Source: Candidatus Promineifilaceae bacterium
GTDB lineage: Bacteria; Chloroflexota; Anaerolineae; Promineifilales; Promineifilaceae
Length of the DNA: 64,000 bases
Assembly: GCA_033722615.1 (NCBI GenBank)
Contig: JAWVYQ010000001.1
Location: 21 to 64,020 of the forward strand
Direction of reading: 5' to 3'
Part shown: positions 19,645 through 28,989 of the stretch, in pieces
Layout of the letters: every line of letters starts with the position of its first letter
Position numbering within the stretch: position 1 is the first letter of the stretch
Made by a program: the position numbers and the translations under genes
The notes under the pieces: generated by a model
Database searches by the model: none
Seen by the model: the letters and a program-made list of their open reading frames with translations, nothing else
What the model was told of the DNA's origin: nothing

Positions 19645-19857
19645 TAAACTATAGCACAAACGGCGGCCGGGCGCAACTCGATTCACGCTCCAATTTTCCG
19701 CTCCCCTGCGCCCGTCAAATTGACTTGTACCGGGTTCCGCTTAGCGATGCCCGGTTTCCGGGAAAATGTGCCTTTCATAAGCAATCGCTTCATAAGCGAA
19801 CTGTTACTTCGCGGGCGTCGTGTGCCCACGTTCCGGGATGTCCTATAATAGGAGCCC

Positions 19858-21426
19858 ATGAACGATTCCAACCGCCCACTGAGCATTACCGGCAATAACC
19901 TGAAAGTTGACGACGTCGTCGCTGTGGCCCGCGGCCGCCCCGTCGCTCTCGATCCCGACGTTCTGCCCCGCGTTGAGCGTTCCCGGCGCGCCGTCGAGCA
20001 GTTGGTCGAAGAAGGGGCCGTGGCCTACGGTATCACCACCGGCTTCGGCCACTTCAAAGATAAGATTATCTCCCCCGACCAGACGGCCGCCCTCCAGCTC
20101 AACCTGGTACGCAGTCACGCCGTCGGCGTTGGCCCCGACCTGTCCGAGCCCGTCGTACGCGCGATGCTCCTGGTGCGGGCCAACACCCTAGCTAAGGGCT
20201 ATTCTGGCGTGCGCCCCGTCATTATCCAGACCCTCCTGGAGATGCTCAACCGGGGCGTCCACCCGCGCATTCCGTCCCAGGGCTCCCTGGGCGCCAGCGG
20301 CGACCTGGCCCCGCTGGCTCACCTGGCCCTCGTCCTCATCGGCGAGGGGGAGGCCGTCTATGAGGGCGAGCATTTGCCGGGGGATGAGGCCCTGCGCGCG
20401 GCCGGGTTGGAGCCGGTCACGCTGCGCGCCAAAGAGGGGCTGGCCCTGGTCAACGGCACGACGCAGATGGTGGGCCACGGCGCCCTCCTCGTGCGCCGGG
20501 CGATCAACCTTCTGCTCACGGCCGACGTCGCCGCTGCTCTTTCTCTGGAGGCCCTGAACGGCACCGCCCGCGCCTACGACGAGCGCGTGCACGCCGTGCG
20601 CCCTCACCCCCGCCAGATCGACGACGCCGCCTTGCTGCGCGCCGTCCTCGACGGCAGCCATTTCCTGCGCGGCCACGACTCCCTCAACGTGCAGGACGCT
20701 TACACTCTGCGCTGCGTGCCCCAGGTGCACGGCGCCGTGCGTGACGCCGTCGCCTATCTCCAATGGGTCATCGACATTGAACTCAACTCCGTCAACGACA
20801 ACCCCATCATTTTTGTGGATGAGGAAACGGGCGCCGTCGACGTCATCTCGGCCGGCAACTTCCACGGGGAGCCGGTGGCCATCGCCATGGATTACGCTGC
20901 GCTGGCCCTCACCGACCTGGGCAACATGAGCGAGCGGCGCGTGGAGCGTCTGGTAGACGCCGACACCAACGGCGGCGTGCTGCCGATGTTCCTCACGGAG
21001 CAGGGCGGCCTTAACAGCGGCTTCATGATGGCTCAGTACACGGCCGCGGCGCTGACATCCGAGAACAAAGTGTTGGCCCATCCTGCCAGTGCCGACTCCA
21101 TCCCCAGTAGCGCCAACACCGAAGATCACGTGAGCATGGGTCCCGCGGCCGTGCGCCAGACCGAGCAGATCCTTTCCCACGTGGAGAGTATCGTGGCCAT
21201 CGAGCTGCTGTGCGCCGCGCAAGGAATCGATTTCCGCCGGCGCAAGATGGGGCAGCCGGACGCCGACCTGGGGCGGGGAACGGCCGTGGCTTACGAACTC
21301 GTGCGCGACGCCGTCCCTTTTCTGGAAGAAGATGTCGCGCTGGCCCCCCACATCGAGCAGGTGCGGCAACTGGTCGCCGCGGGTACAATTAAAGAGATGG
21401 TTGAGGAGCGTCTGGACAGGGAATAA
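19858..21426 (+). CDS. hutH: histidine ammonia-lyase
   Basis: MIO-forming [12 protein letters not shown] motif. The selectivity dipeptide S-H in [11 protein letters not shown] is as in HAL rather than PAL or TAL. AGGAG RBS before the ATG. Confidence 0.88.
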   Translation: MNDSNRPLSITGNNLKVDDVVAVARGRPVALDPDVLPRVERSRRAVEQLVEEGAVAYGITTGFGHFKDKIISPDQTAALQLNLVRSHAVGVGPDLSEPVVRAMLLVRANTLAKGYSGVRPVIIQTLLEMLNRGVHPRIPSQGSLGASGDLAPLAHLALVLIGEGEAVYEGEHLPGDEALRAAGLEPVTLRAKEGLALVNGTTQMVGHGALLVRRAINLLLTADVAAALSLEALNGTARAYDERVHAVRPHPRQIDDAALLRAVLDGSHFLRGHDSLNVQDAYTLRCVPQVHGAVRDAVAYLQWVIDIELNSVNDNPIIFVDEETGAVDVISAGNFHGEPVAIAMDYAALALTDLGNMSERRVERLVDADTNGGVLPMFLTEQGGLNSGFMMAQYTAAALTSENKVLAHPASADSIPSSANTEDHVSMGPAAVRQTEQILSHVESIVAIELLCAAQGIDFRRRKMGQPDADLGRGTAVAYELVRDAVPFLEEDVALAPHIEQVRQLVAAGTIKEMVEERLDRE

Positions 21427-21442
21427 AAAGGAAGGGATAACT

Positions 21443-22714
21443 ATGAGAGACGTCGTCATTGTCAGTGCAGTGCGTACGCCAATCGGCCGTCTGGCCGGGG
21501 CGCTCTCGGCCGTGCGACCAGACGACATGGCCGCTCTCGTCATCGAGGAGGCGGTAGAACGCGCCGGCATCGATCCGGCCGAGATCGAAGAGGTCTACAT
21601 GGGCTGTGCCAACCAGGCGGGTGAAGACAACCGCAACGTGGCGCGCATGGCCACGCTGCTTGCCGGGCTGCCCGAACACGTGGCGGCCGTCACCTTCAAC
21701 CGGCTGTGCGCCAGCGGCCTCAACGCTGTCAACCAGGCAGCGCGGGCCATTGCCGTCGGCGAGGGCGACGTTTTCGTGGCCGGGGGTGTAGAGAGCATGA
21801 CGCGCGCTCCCTACTCCTTCCCCAAGAACTCCCGCCCCTTCGGCCCGCCGGGCAACATCACGGGCTACGACACCACCCTCGGCTGGCGCTATCCCAACCC
21901 GCGCATGAAAGAGATGTTTCCCCTGGAAGCGATGGGGGAGACGGCCGAAAACATCTACGAACTAACCTGCGCCGGCACCCTGGACGGCGGCGAGATCACG
22001 CGGGAGGAGCAGGACGCTTTTGCCTACGAGAGCCAGCGCCGGGCGTGCGAAGCGATCAACGCCGGCCGCTTCGAAGAAGAGATCGTCCCCGTCGTTATCC
22101 CCCAGCGCAAGGGAGATCCCGTCGTCGTCGATACCGACGAACACCCGCGCATCCGCAAAACGGAGGACGGCGACTACGCACTGGCCACCAGCCTCGAAAT
22201 TATGGCCAAACTGAGCCCTGCTTTCCGCGAAGGGGGGACCGTGACGGCGGGCAACGCCAGCGGCCTTAACGACGGCGCGGCGGCGTTGGTGATCATGGCC
22301 GCCGAGAAGGCCGAGGAGCTGGGGGTCACTCCGCTGGCCCGATGGATCGCCTCGGGTGCGGCCGGCGTGGACCCGCGCACCATGGGTCTGGGGCCGGTGC
22401 CCGCCACGCGCAAGGCACTGCAACGGGCCAGCCTGACGATGGACGACGTCCACCTCATCGAGCTTAACGAGGCGTTCGCCGTGCAGGCACTGGCCGTCAT
22501 GCGCGAGTTGGGCATGGACCACAGCATTACGAACGTCAACGGCGGCGCCATCGCCCTCGGCCACCCGCTGGGCTGCTCTGGCGCGCGCATCCTGACGACG
22601 TTGCTGTACGAGATGAGGCGGCGGCGGGACGACGGTGCGTCCATGCGCCACGGGTTGGCCACCCTCTGCGTCGGCGTTGGCCAGGGCGAAGCAACCATCG
22701 TCGAATTGCTCTGA
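21443..22714 (+). CDS. acetyl-CoA C-acetyltransferase (thiolase)
   Basis: ATG at 21443 follows AAAGGAAGGG. N-terminus [16 protein letters not shown], catalytic Cys context [11 protein letters not shown] and C-terminal [17 protein letters not shown]. Confidence 0.9.
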   Translation: MRDVVIVSAVRTPIGRLAGALSAVRPDDMAALVIEEAVERAGIDPAEIEEVYMGCANQAGEDNRNVARMATLLAGLPEHVAAVTFNRLCASGLNAVNQAARAIAVGEGDVFVAGGVESMTRAPYSFPKNSRPFGPPGNITGYDTTLGWRYPNPRMKEMFPLEAMGETAENIYELTCAGTLDGGEITREEQDAFAYESQRRACEAINAGRFEEEIVPVVIPQRKGDPVVVDTDEHPRIRKTEDGDYALATSLEIMAKLSPAFREGGTVTAGNASGLNDGAAALVIMAAEKAEELGVTPLARWIASGAAGVDPRTMGLGPVPATRKALQRASLTMDDVHLIELNEAFAVQALAVMRELGMDHSITNVNGGAIALGHPLGCSGARILTTLLYEMRRRRDDGASMRHGLATLCVGVGQGEATIVELL

Positions 22715-22717
22715 GTC

Positions 22718-23785
22718 GTGACTTCCACAGAATCTAACCTCTGGGAGGCTCCGGGCGACAAGCCAGAGAGTGAGGAACAGCGCGCAGGCGTCCCGGAGGT
22801 TCGCGCATTGGTCACCGGCGGCACGGGCTTCATCGGGGCCAATCTGGTAGCGGGCCTGGCGGAGGAGGGGATCACGACCCGCGTTCTCCACCGCGAAAGC
22901 TCATCGTTGGAGGCACTGGTCGGGTTAACGTATGAACCGGTCATCGGCGACGTGCTCGGCGAGGTCGACGCGCTTGCTGCGGCGATGGAAGGTTGTCGCT
23001 GGGTATTCCACGTGGCGGCCGTCGCTGACTACTGGCGCCAGTCGACGGACCACCTTTACCGGGTCAATGTGGAGGGGACGCGACGCGTGCTCGACGCGGC
23101 GCGGCAGGCAGGCGTGGAGCGCTTCGTCTTCACCAGCTCGGCGGCCGCCATGGGTTTGCCTCGCCCAGGAGAGTGCGTGGATGAGGGCGACACCTTCAAT
23201 CTCCCACCATCTCGCTTCCCCTACGGTCACAGCAAAATGCTTGCCGAACGGGAAGTGCAGCGGGCGGTTGCAGAGGGGCTGGAGGCCGTCATCGTCAATC
23301 CTACCGTCGTCCTCGGCCCGCGAGACGTAAATCAGATCTCGGGCTCCATCGTCGTCGAGGCCGCCCGCGGGCTCGTGCGTTTCGTGCCGCCCGGCGGCGT
23401 CAATTACATCGCCGTGAGCGACGTTGTGGCCGGGCACATCGCGGCCGCGCGCCGCGGCCGGGTTGGCGAACGCTACATTCTGGGCGCCCACAATCTCTCC
23501 CACGCCGAAGCGATTCCCATCATCTGCCGGGTCGTCGGCCGCCGGCCGCCGCGCCTCAAAATCCCCGGTTGGGTGCTGCCGCCGGCGGCCGTCGCCGTGC
23601 GCATGAGCCGGTCCCTGTTCGGCCGACCCCGGGTCGTGGACGAGAGCCAGATACGCCTGCTGGGCGCCGACATTTACGCCGACGCCGGCAAAGCGCGTCG
23701 CGAACTGGATTTGCCACAAACTCCCTTTTCCGATGCTGTACAAGCCGCCTATAATTGGTACAATAAACACGGTTATCTGGGTTGA
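22718..23785 (+). CDS. NAD-dependent epimerase/dehydratase family (extended SDR) protein
   Basis: Rossmann motif LVTGGTGFIGANLV and catalytic YGHSK (YxxxK). Start is uncertain: GTG 22718, or in-frame TTG 22808 preceded by GGAGG. Confidence 0.8.
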   Translation: MTSTESNLWEAPGDKPESEEQRAGVPEVRALVTGGTGFIGANLVAGLAEEGITTRVLHRESSSLEALVGLTYEPVIGDVLGEVDALAAAMEGCRWVFHVAAVADYWRQSTDHLYRVNVEGTRRVLDAARQAGVERFVFTSSAAAMGLPRPGECVDEGDTFNLPPSRFPYGHSKMLAEREVQRAVAEGLEAVIVNPTVVLGPRDVNQISGSIVVEAARGLVRFVPPGGVNYIAVSDVVAGHIAAARRGRVGERYILGAHNLSHAEAIPIICRVVGRRPPRLKIPGWVLPPAAVAVRMSRSLFGRPRVVDESQIRLLGADIYADAGKARRELDLPQTPFSDAVQAAYNWYNKHGYLG

Positions 23786-23817
23786 CCCTTTTCTGGTTCA
23801 GTTGAAAGGAGGGAGAT

Positions 23818-24939
23818 ATGAGCGCCACCGCGCTATCTGTAAGCCCCAATTTCAAGGCGATGAGCGAGGGAAAGTGGATCTACAATCGCCGCTGGGACCT
23901 GGTTTTTATCAGTCTCAGCGTCCTCCTCGTTCCCGTGCCGTACCTGACTTGGATCCTCATGAAGGACGTGCTCCTGGTCGAGTCGGACGCCGGTCGCCAG
24001 GCGGTCAACCTGATCATCGCCGGCCTCATTGGCGGCCCCCACATGTACGCCACGTTCACGCGCACGGCGTTGGATACTGACTTTCGCGAGCATTACGCTG
24101 GCTTTGTGCGCTCCTCTATTATCATCCCCCTCGTCGTCGTCATCCTCGCCCTGACCAACCTGACCCTGCTGCTGACCATCTTCTTCTTTTGGGCTTCCAT
24201 TCACGTCTTGCACCAGATCGTCTTTGTCGTCGAGGCGTACAATGAGAAAGCGAACGTTGTGCGCGAATCGTCACTCTCTCCGGCCGCCCGCCTCGTCGAC
24301 TATGCCGTGGTCCTGACCAGCCTCTATCCTCTGGCGGCCTACCGGGTAGCCATCACGCAGGATTTTTCCATCGGCCCGAATAATCTTAACGACATCATCC
24401 CCGCCTTTTTCGAGCAGCCGTGGGTGGTCTATGCGGCCGGCGGCGCCTTCGGTATTTCCCTCGTGGCCTTTATCGTCAAAAGCGCCGTCGAGATCCGAAA
24501 TGGGTCGGCGCACGTGCCCAAGATCATCTTTATCAGCCTGACTGTCATCGCCTCCTTCATCGTTCCTGCACTGGGCAACCTGGATACGGCTTTCCAGGGG
24601 ATGAACGTCTGGCACTCCTTCCAATACCTGGCGCTGACGTGGTACATTAACCGCCTGCGCGCCGAACGCGGCGATTTGCAGCGGACGCCCTTCGTCGAGC
24701 GCATTTCCAGCGACGGCAAGGCCAAGATCTTTTACGGCTTCAACCTGGCGCTGACCTTTGGCGCCGTGATCATCATCGCCATCGTCTTCACTATCCTACA
24801 CTTCGTCGTCGGCGGTAAGTGGGCCGAGGCCAGCTACGCGCTGGAGACGTCGTACTACATCGGCGTTCTTTCCTTCCTCTGGATTCATTACTACCACGAC
24901 CATTTCCTCTTCACCCAGGCCGAATCCGTCGTGCCCTGA
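23818..24939 (+). CDS. polytopic membrane protein with His-box-like motifs, function unknown
   Basis: GGAGGGAG RBS before ATG 23818. About 8 hydrophobic segments. Histidine clusters GGPHMY, IHVLHQ (HxxxH), WHSFQY and IHYYHDH (HxxHxH). Confidence 0.7.
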   Translation: MSATALSVSPNFKAMSEGKWIYNRRWDLVFISLSVLLVPVPYLTWILMKDVLLVESDAGRQAVNLIIAGLIGGPHMYATFTRTALDTDFREHYAGFVRSSIIIPLVVVILALTNLTLLLTIFFFWASIHVLHQIVFVVEAYNEKANVVRESSLSPAARLVDYAVVLTSLYPLAAYRVAITQDFSIGPNNLNDIIPAFFEQPWVVYAAGGAFGISLVAFIVKSAVEIRNGSAHVPKIIFISLTVIASFIVPALGNLDTAFQGMNVWHSFQYLALTWYINRLRAERGDLQRTPFVERISSDGKAKIFYGFNLALTFGAVIIIAIVFTILHFVVGGKWAEASYALETSYYIGVLSFLWIHYYHDHFLFTQAESVVP

Positions 24940-25000
24940 CCGGCGACGTGGTCGCGCGCCCATTCTGTCGTTTATCGTTTTCTGAAGAAGGGACAGAGCG

Positions 25001-26038
25001 ATGAGAGAGCGGTTTAACAAGCCCGCTGCCGGGACGGCCGGCACTCTGGTCGCCATCATTTTAATCGGCATCGTTATCTGGATCGCCCTGCGCGCGCGGC
25101 CGTCGCCGTCTCTTGAGCCCACAACGATTGCGCCGGCGGCCGAACGCGCCACCAGCAGCCGGCCGGAAGCCACGGATGAACCCTCGGCGACGCCACCGCC
25201 CACGCCGACCCCTTCGGTTACCCCACCTCCACCGCCCAGCGAGACCGCCGCGCCACCGGCCGCCCCGGAACCGGAACCGACACCCGACGGCCCCGCCACC
25301 GTCATGGCCATCGCCGCCCCGACCATACAGGTCACCAGCGTTTCCCCCGACGGTCGCTGGCAGTCAGAACTCATCATCTATCCATGTAGCGAACTCTCGG
25401 ATGGCGGGGACGTGCTGTCCTTCGAGCAGCTAAACGTCGTCGATGTAGATGGCGGAGAGGTGGAGACGGCCGCCGAGCAGCTTATCAATTGTGGAGGCCT
25501 AGGCGCCTTTGGCCTCGAAGGTCTCTTCTGGTCCGCCAACAGCCGCTACTTCTACTTTACTACCGCCAAAGAGGGGGTGCCCGACGGCTGCGGCTATTGG
25601 CAGCGCCCTCTCCTCCGCTTCGCCGTTGAAACCGGGGAGACCCAATGGCTGGGTCCCGGCGAGCGCTCCCCCGACGGCGTCAGAATTGCCTCCTGGCAGG
25701 AGCGCGAGTTGGTCATTTGGGAAACCGGCGGCGACGAGATAGGGAGAATACCTGCGGCCATCCAGGACGCCGATCTCGGGACCATCGCCTGGTCGCCGGC
25801 CGGCGACGCCCTCGTTTATCTCCAGGCGCCCTCCTACTGTCCGCTGGAGAGATCGTATGTCGTTCACCTGACCATCGCCGACATGGAAAGCGCCATCTTA
25901 CTCGAAGCCGAAGATCCGCCCTTCGGCGATGTCTCCTGGATCGACGCCGACCGGCTGCGCCTCCGCTATTTTGACGGCGAGAAGTGGGAAGAGTGGATTT
26001 ATGACCTGGCCAGCGAAGAATTGCATCCCGACCGCTGA
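25001..26038 (+). CDS. membrane-anchored protein with Pro/Thr-rich linker and TolB/PD40-like beta-propeller repeats
   Basis: N-terminal TM segment GTLVAIILIGIVIWIAL, then a PT-rich stretch. Repeated SPDG(R/V)... and WSPAGD motifs are typical of PD40-type blades. Confidence 0.65.
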   Translation: MRERFNKPAAGTAGTLVAIILIGIVIWIALRARPSPSLEPTTIAPAAERATSSRPEATDEPSATPPPTPTPSVTPPPPPSETAAPPAAPEPEPTPDGPATVMAIAAPTIQVTSVSPDGRWQSELIIYPCSELSDGGDVLSFEQLNVVDVDGGEVETAAEQLINCGGLGAFGLEGLFWSANSRYFYFTTAKEGVPDGCGYWQRPLLRFAVETGETQWLGPGERSPDGVRIASWQERELVIWETGGDEIGRIPAAIQDADLGTIAWSPAGDALVYLQAPSYCPLERSYVVHLTIADMESAILLEAEDPPFGDVSWIDADRLRLRYFDGEKWEEWIYDLASEELHPDR

Positions 26039-26121
26039 TTGTCAGGGTGCATGTAGCTGCGTTACGCTCCTCCGTTTAGCCCCACTTAGCCCCACGCCAA
26101 CACTGGGCATGAGAGTGCGCC

Positions 26122-26601
26122 TTACCCCTCCAACGCCTGGCGCAGGTCGGCCATATGTTGCCGCTCGTGATCGGCGATGCGGTGCAGGATTTCCTCGATG
26201 CTCATGATTTGCAGGCTGGCGTGGCGACCCTCCTCGTCTAGATCCTCGGGGTCGAGTTCCTCGATGAAAGCCAGCAGCTCCGCGCGGTTCTCTTCCATTT
26301 GCGCCAGCAGTTCGGCCGGCGTCTTTTCCTTCGCCCTGGCCACACGGCTGCGGTTCCAGCGATCGATGTCGAAATCTTCGGGAGCGCCCCCGCCGCCGGC
26401 CAAAATATCGCGCATCGTGGCCAGCATCCCTTTCTCGGCGTCCGTGACGTGGCGCAGTACGTCGGCGGCCGACCACTCCTCCCCATGTGTGTAAATCGGA
26501 TGCGTCCACTCTGACTCTTCTATGCGGCGGGCCAGTTGGAAGAATTCTTCCCGCGTTTCGGTCAATTTCCTGACGGCCGTTTCCTTTCTCTCGTTCTTCA
26601 C
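26122..26601 (-). CDS. DinB family protein
   Basis: 159-aa four-helix-bundle-type sequence with the DinB His triad context (VLRHVTDAE ... ILHRIADHERQHMADL). Its start overlaps the stop of the upstream Clp-like gene by 4 nt. Confidence 0.75.
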   Translation of the reverse strand: MKNERKETAVRKLTETREEFFQLARRIEESEWTHPIYTHGEEWSAADVLRHVTDAEKGMLATMRDILAGGGGAPEDFDIDRWNRSRVARAKEKTPAELLAQMEENRAELLAFIEELDPEDLDEEGRHASLQIMSIEEILHRIADHERQHMADLRQALEG

Positions 26602-28835
26602 ACACTTTCTCCTTTTTCGGCGCTGTCGTCGATCTTAAATCGTAAGCCGTCACGCGCGTCCTCTGCGGCGTCGACAATAATGGTCGCTTCCCCGCCGTCG
26701 TGCTCTGTCAACAAAAAGTCGGCCAGCGGCTCGCGTAGGTGGCGGCTGATGATGCGGCGTAGCGGCCGGGCGCCGAACTCTGGCTGATCGTTCTGCGCCA
26801 GCAGCCACCGTTTTGCCTCTTCCGTTACCTCCAGGTGCAGGCCTTGCTCCTCCGCCAGGCGGAACTCCTTTTTCAACATCAGATCCAGGATCTTCGCCAG
26901 ATGCTCGGGCGTAAGCTGGTGGAAGAAAATGACGTCGTCCAGCCGATTCAGAAATTCCGGCCGGAAAAAAGTGTGCACCTCTTCCATCACCAGTTCTCGT
27001 TCGCGTTCGCCGATGAGGGGCGTGAGCAGATGGCGCGCCCCCAGATTGCTCGTCATGATGATCACCGTCTGGCTAAAGGTTGCCAGCCGTCCCTGGCCGT
27101 CGGTGAGGCGGCCCTCTTCCAGCACCTGGAGGAGCACGTCGAAGACGCGGGCGTGCGCCTTTTCCACCTCGTCCAGGAGGATGACGGTGTACGGCCGCTC
27201 GCGCACGTAATCAGTGAGCTGGCCGCCTCCCTCGAAGCCCACGTAGCCGGGCGGCGCGCCGATGAGCCGGTTGACGCTCCCTTCCCCCTGGTATTCGCTC
27301 ATGTCGAGGGTCAGCATCGCTTCTTCCGTGCCGAAGAGGAATTCGGCCAGGGCCTTCGCCAGTTCCGATTTGCCCACGCCGCTGGGCCCCAGGAAAAGGA
27401 AGGAGCCGATGGGCCGCTTGGGATCGCGCAGGCCGACGCGGGCGATCTTCACGGCGCGGCTGACGGCCATGACTGCCTCATCCTGGCCAATAATACGCCG
27501 GTGCAGATGCTCCACCATCTTGGCGTAGCGGCTCTGCTCGTCCTCGCTGAGCTTGGTTACGGGGATATTTGTCATCTGGCTGGCGGCCAGCAGCACGTCG
27601 TCGCTATCCAGGCGGCCGTCGGCCGCCGTCTCCGGCAGGCTCGCCGCATGGCCCTCGGTCACCATGCGCACCATTGCCGCCGCCCGGTCCACCAGGTGCA
27701 CGGCCCCGGCAGGCAGCGCCACCCGCTTGATGTACTGGCTGGCAACCTGGGCCGCCGTCTCCAGCGCCTGGCGGCTGACGTCGATTTCATACTCCTGTTC
27801 CAACCGCTGTTTGTGGTATGAGAGCATGGCCACCGTTTCGTCGCGGGTGGCGGCCGGCACGTTCAGCCGTTGGGTGTGCTCGCGAATGATCGTCTCCTGC
27901 GCCAGGCGTTCGTACGCGGCCGGCGTCGTCGTGCCGATCATCACCTGTTCGTTTCCCAGGAGGGCCTTCTGAATTTCCCGGTTGACCTGTTCAGGGAAGG
28001 GGGCGCGCAGACGGTCGGCGAAGAAGCGCTCGATGCCCGGCGCCAGCAGGACGCCGCCGCTGGCCCGCCGCAGCCCGGCCCGCACGGCCGCCAGCGGATT
28101 TTCGAGCAGCGCGGCCTCGTTGATTTGAACGACAGAGCGCAACCGGGGTGGACCTTTTCCTTCCGCCAGAAGCAGCGCCAGGCTGTATACTAACGTGCGC
28201 TTGCCTGCCCCTTCCGGCCCGACGAGGATCACGTGGCGCCGGTCGGCCAGGGCCAGAAGGTTGAGCATCTCCTGGAGCAGCGCCTCGCGCTGGTAGACGG
28301 GTCGTGCCTCTCCCTCCCGCGCCTCTTCGACGAAGTCATGTATCAGTTGCGTGCCATCCTGGGCCACTTCGTCTAGCAGGGCGAGCACGGCCGCCTGAGA
28401 AACCCCCAACTTTTGCAGCGCGCCGTACGTCGTCACCTTGATGTCGGCCATGGCCGCCAGGGCGTGCCCGCTGGTTACTTTCAGCTCGTCCCGCGCCTGG
28501 GCGATGCTCAACCCTTCGTCCAGGACCACCAGCATCTCGTCCGACAGGGGGACGTCTTTGCCGAAGTCATCGGTAAACGTGAAATTAGCGTCGCGGCCGG
28601 GCGCGTGGCGGGCCATCATCTCTACCCGCCGCTGCAAATCGTCGAGCTCGAAGCCCCGCTGCTGGGCCAGTTCGCTCAGAATCTGGTAAGCGGCCGACTC
28701 CTTCTCCGCCAGGAAAATGCGCAGCAACAACTGGGGTGTCAGCAGGCGCAGGTCGTAGTCGTCCCGCCTGTCTGCGGCCGTCGTCATCAGCCGCGCCAGC
28801 TCCGGCGCAGGAATGTTGGGGTTCAGGGTACCCAT
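26598..28835 (-). CDS. Clp/Hsp100-family AAA+ ATPase with degenerate first nucleotide-binding module
   Basis: ATG at 28835 gives MGTLNPNIPAPELARLM. Clp_N-type repeats are present. D1 has GPEGAGKRT and VLLAPGIERF in place of GEPGVGKT and ILFIDE. D2 is canonical (FLFLGPSGVGKSELAKALA, ILLDEVEKAH, FRPEFLNRLD). Confidence 0.85.
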   Translation of the reverse strand: MGTLNPNIPAPELARLMTTAADRRDDYDLRLLTPQLLLRIFLAEKESAAYQILSELAQQRGFELDDLQRRVEMMARHAPGRDANFTFTDDFGKDVPLSDEMLVVLDEGLSIAQARDELKVTSGHALAAMADIKVTTYGALQKLGVSQAAVLALLDEVAQDGTQLIHDFVEEAREGEARPVYQREALLQEMLNLLALADRRHVILVGPEGAGKRTLVYSLALLLAEGKGPPRLRSVVQINEAALLENPLAAVRAGLRRASGGVLLAPGIERFFADRLRAPFPEQVNREIQKALLGNEQVMIGTTTPAAYERLAQETIIREHTQRLNVPAATRDETVAMLSYHKQRLEQEYEIDVSRQALETAAQVASQYIKRVALPAGAVHLVDRAAAMVRMVTEGHAASLPETAADGRLDSDDVLLAASQMTNIPVTKLSEDEQSRYAKMVEHLHRRIIGQDEAVMAVSRAVKIARVGLRDPKRPIGSFLFLGPSGVGKSELAKALAEFLFGTEEAMLTLDMSEYQGEGSVNRLIGAPPGYVGFEGGGQLTDYVRERPYTVILLDEVEKAHARVFDVLLQVLEEGRLTDGQGRLATFSQTVIIMTSNLGARHLLTPLIGERERELVMEEVHTFFRPEFLNRLDDVIFFHQLTPEHLAKILDLMLKKEFRLAEEQGLHLEVTEEAKRWLLAQNDQPEFGARPLRRIISRHLREPLADFLLTEHDGGEATIIVDAAEDARDGLRFKIDDSAEKGESV

Positions 28836-28910
28836 ACGTTCTCTTTCTCTTGTTTTGGGTTTTGTCGTGTTGCGGATATGGTACATCGGGCTGGGACGGC
28901 GTGCCAGCCA

Positions 28911-28945
28911 ACAAAAAAGGGCTTTGACAGAACGCCAAAGCCCTT
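28911..28945 (-). terminator. rho-independent terminator downstream of fadD
   Basis: The minus strand reads AAGGGCTTTG-gcgttctgt-CAAAGCCCTT followed by TTTTGTT. This is a perfect 10-bp stem, ~45 nt after the fadD stop. Confidence 0.65.
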
Positions 28946-28980
28946 ATGGGCCGTCCTTATGGGCCGTCCTTATGGGCCGC
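28942..28980. repeat. 13-nt tandem repeat, 3 copies
   Basis: ccttatgggccgt / ccttatgggccgt / ccttatgggccgc at 28942-28954, 28955-28967 and 28968-28980. The array sits between the fadD stop and its terminator, and the first unit contributes to the terminator stem. Confidence 0.9.
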
Positions 28981-28989
28981 GGAGGGCTG

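Noticed and set aside
20188-21570. 460-aa minus-strand ORF opposite hutH and the thiolase start.
   Set aside because: It overlaps two confidently identified plus-strand genes, has no motifs and has no RBS. It is an artefact of high GC content.
26076-26095. Tandem 10-mer TTAGCCCCAC x2 between the convergent 25001-26038 gene and the DinB gene.
   Set aside because: There are only two copies of a short unit in a 3' intergenic spacer, with no associated hairpin or motif recurrence. It is most likely a trivial slippage duplication.
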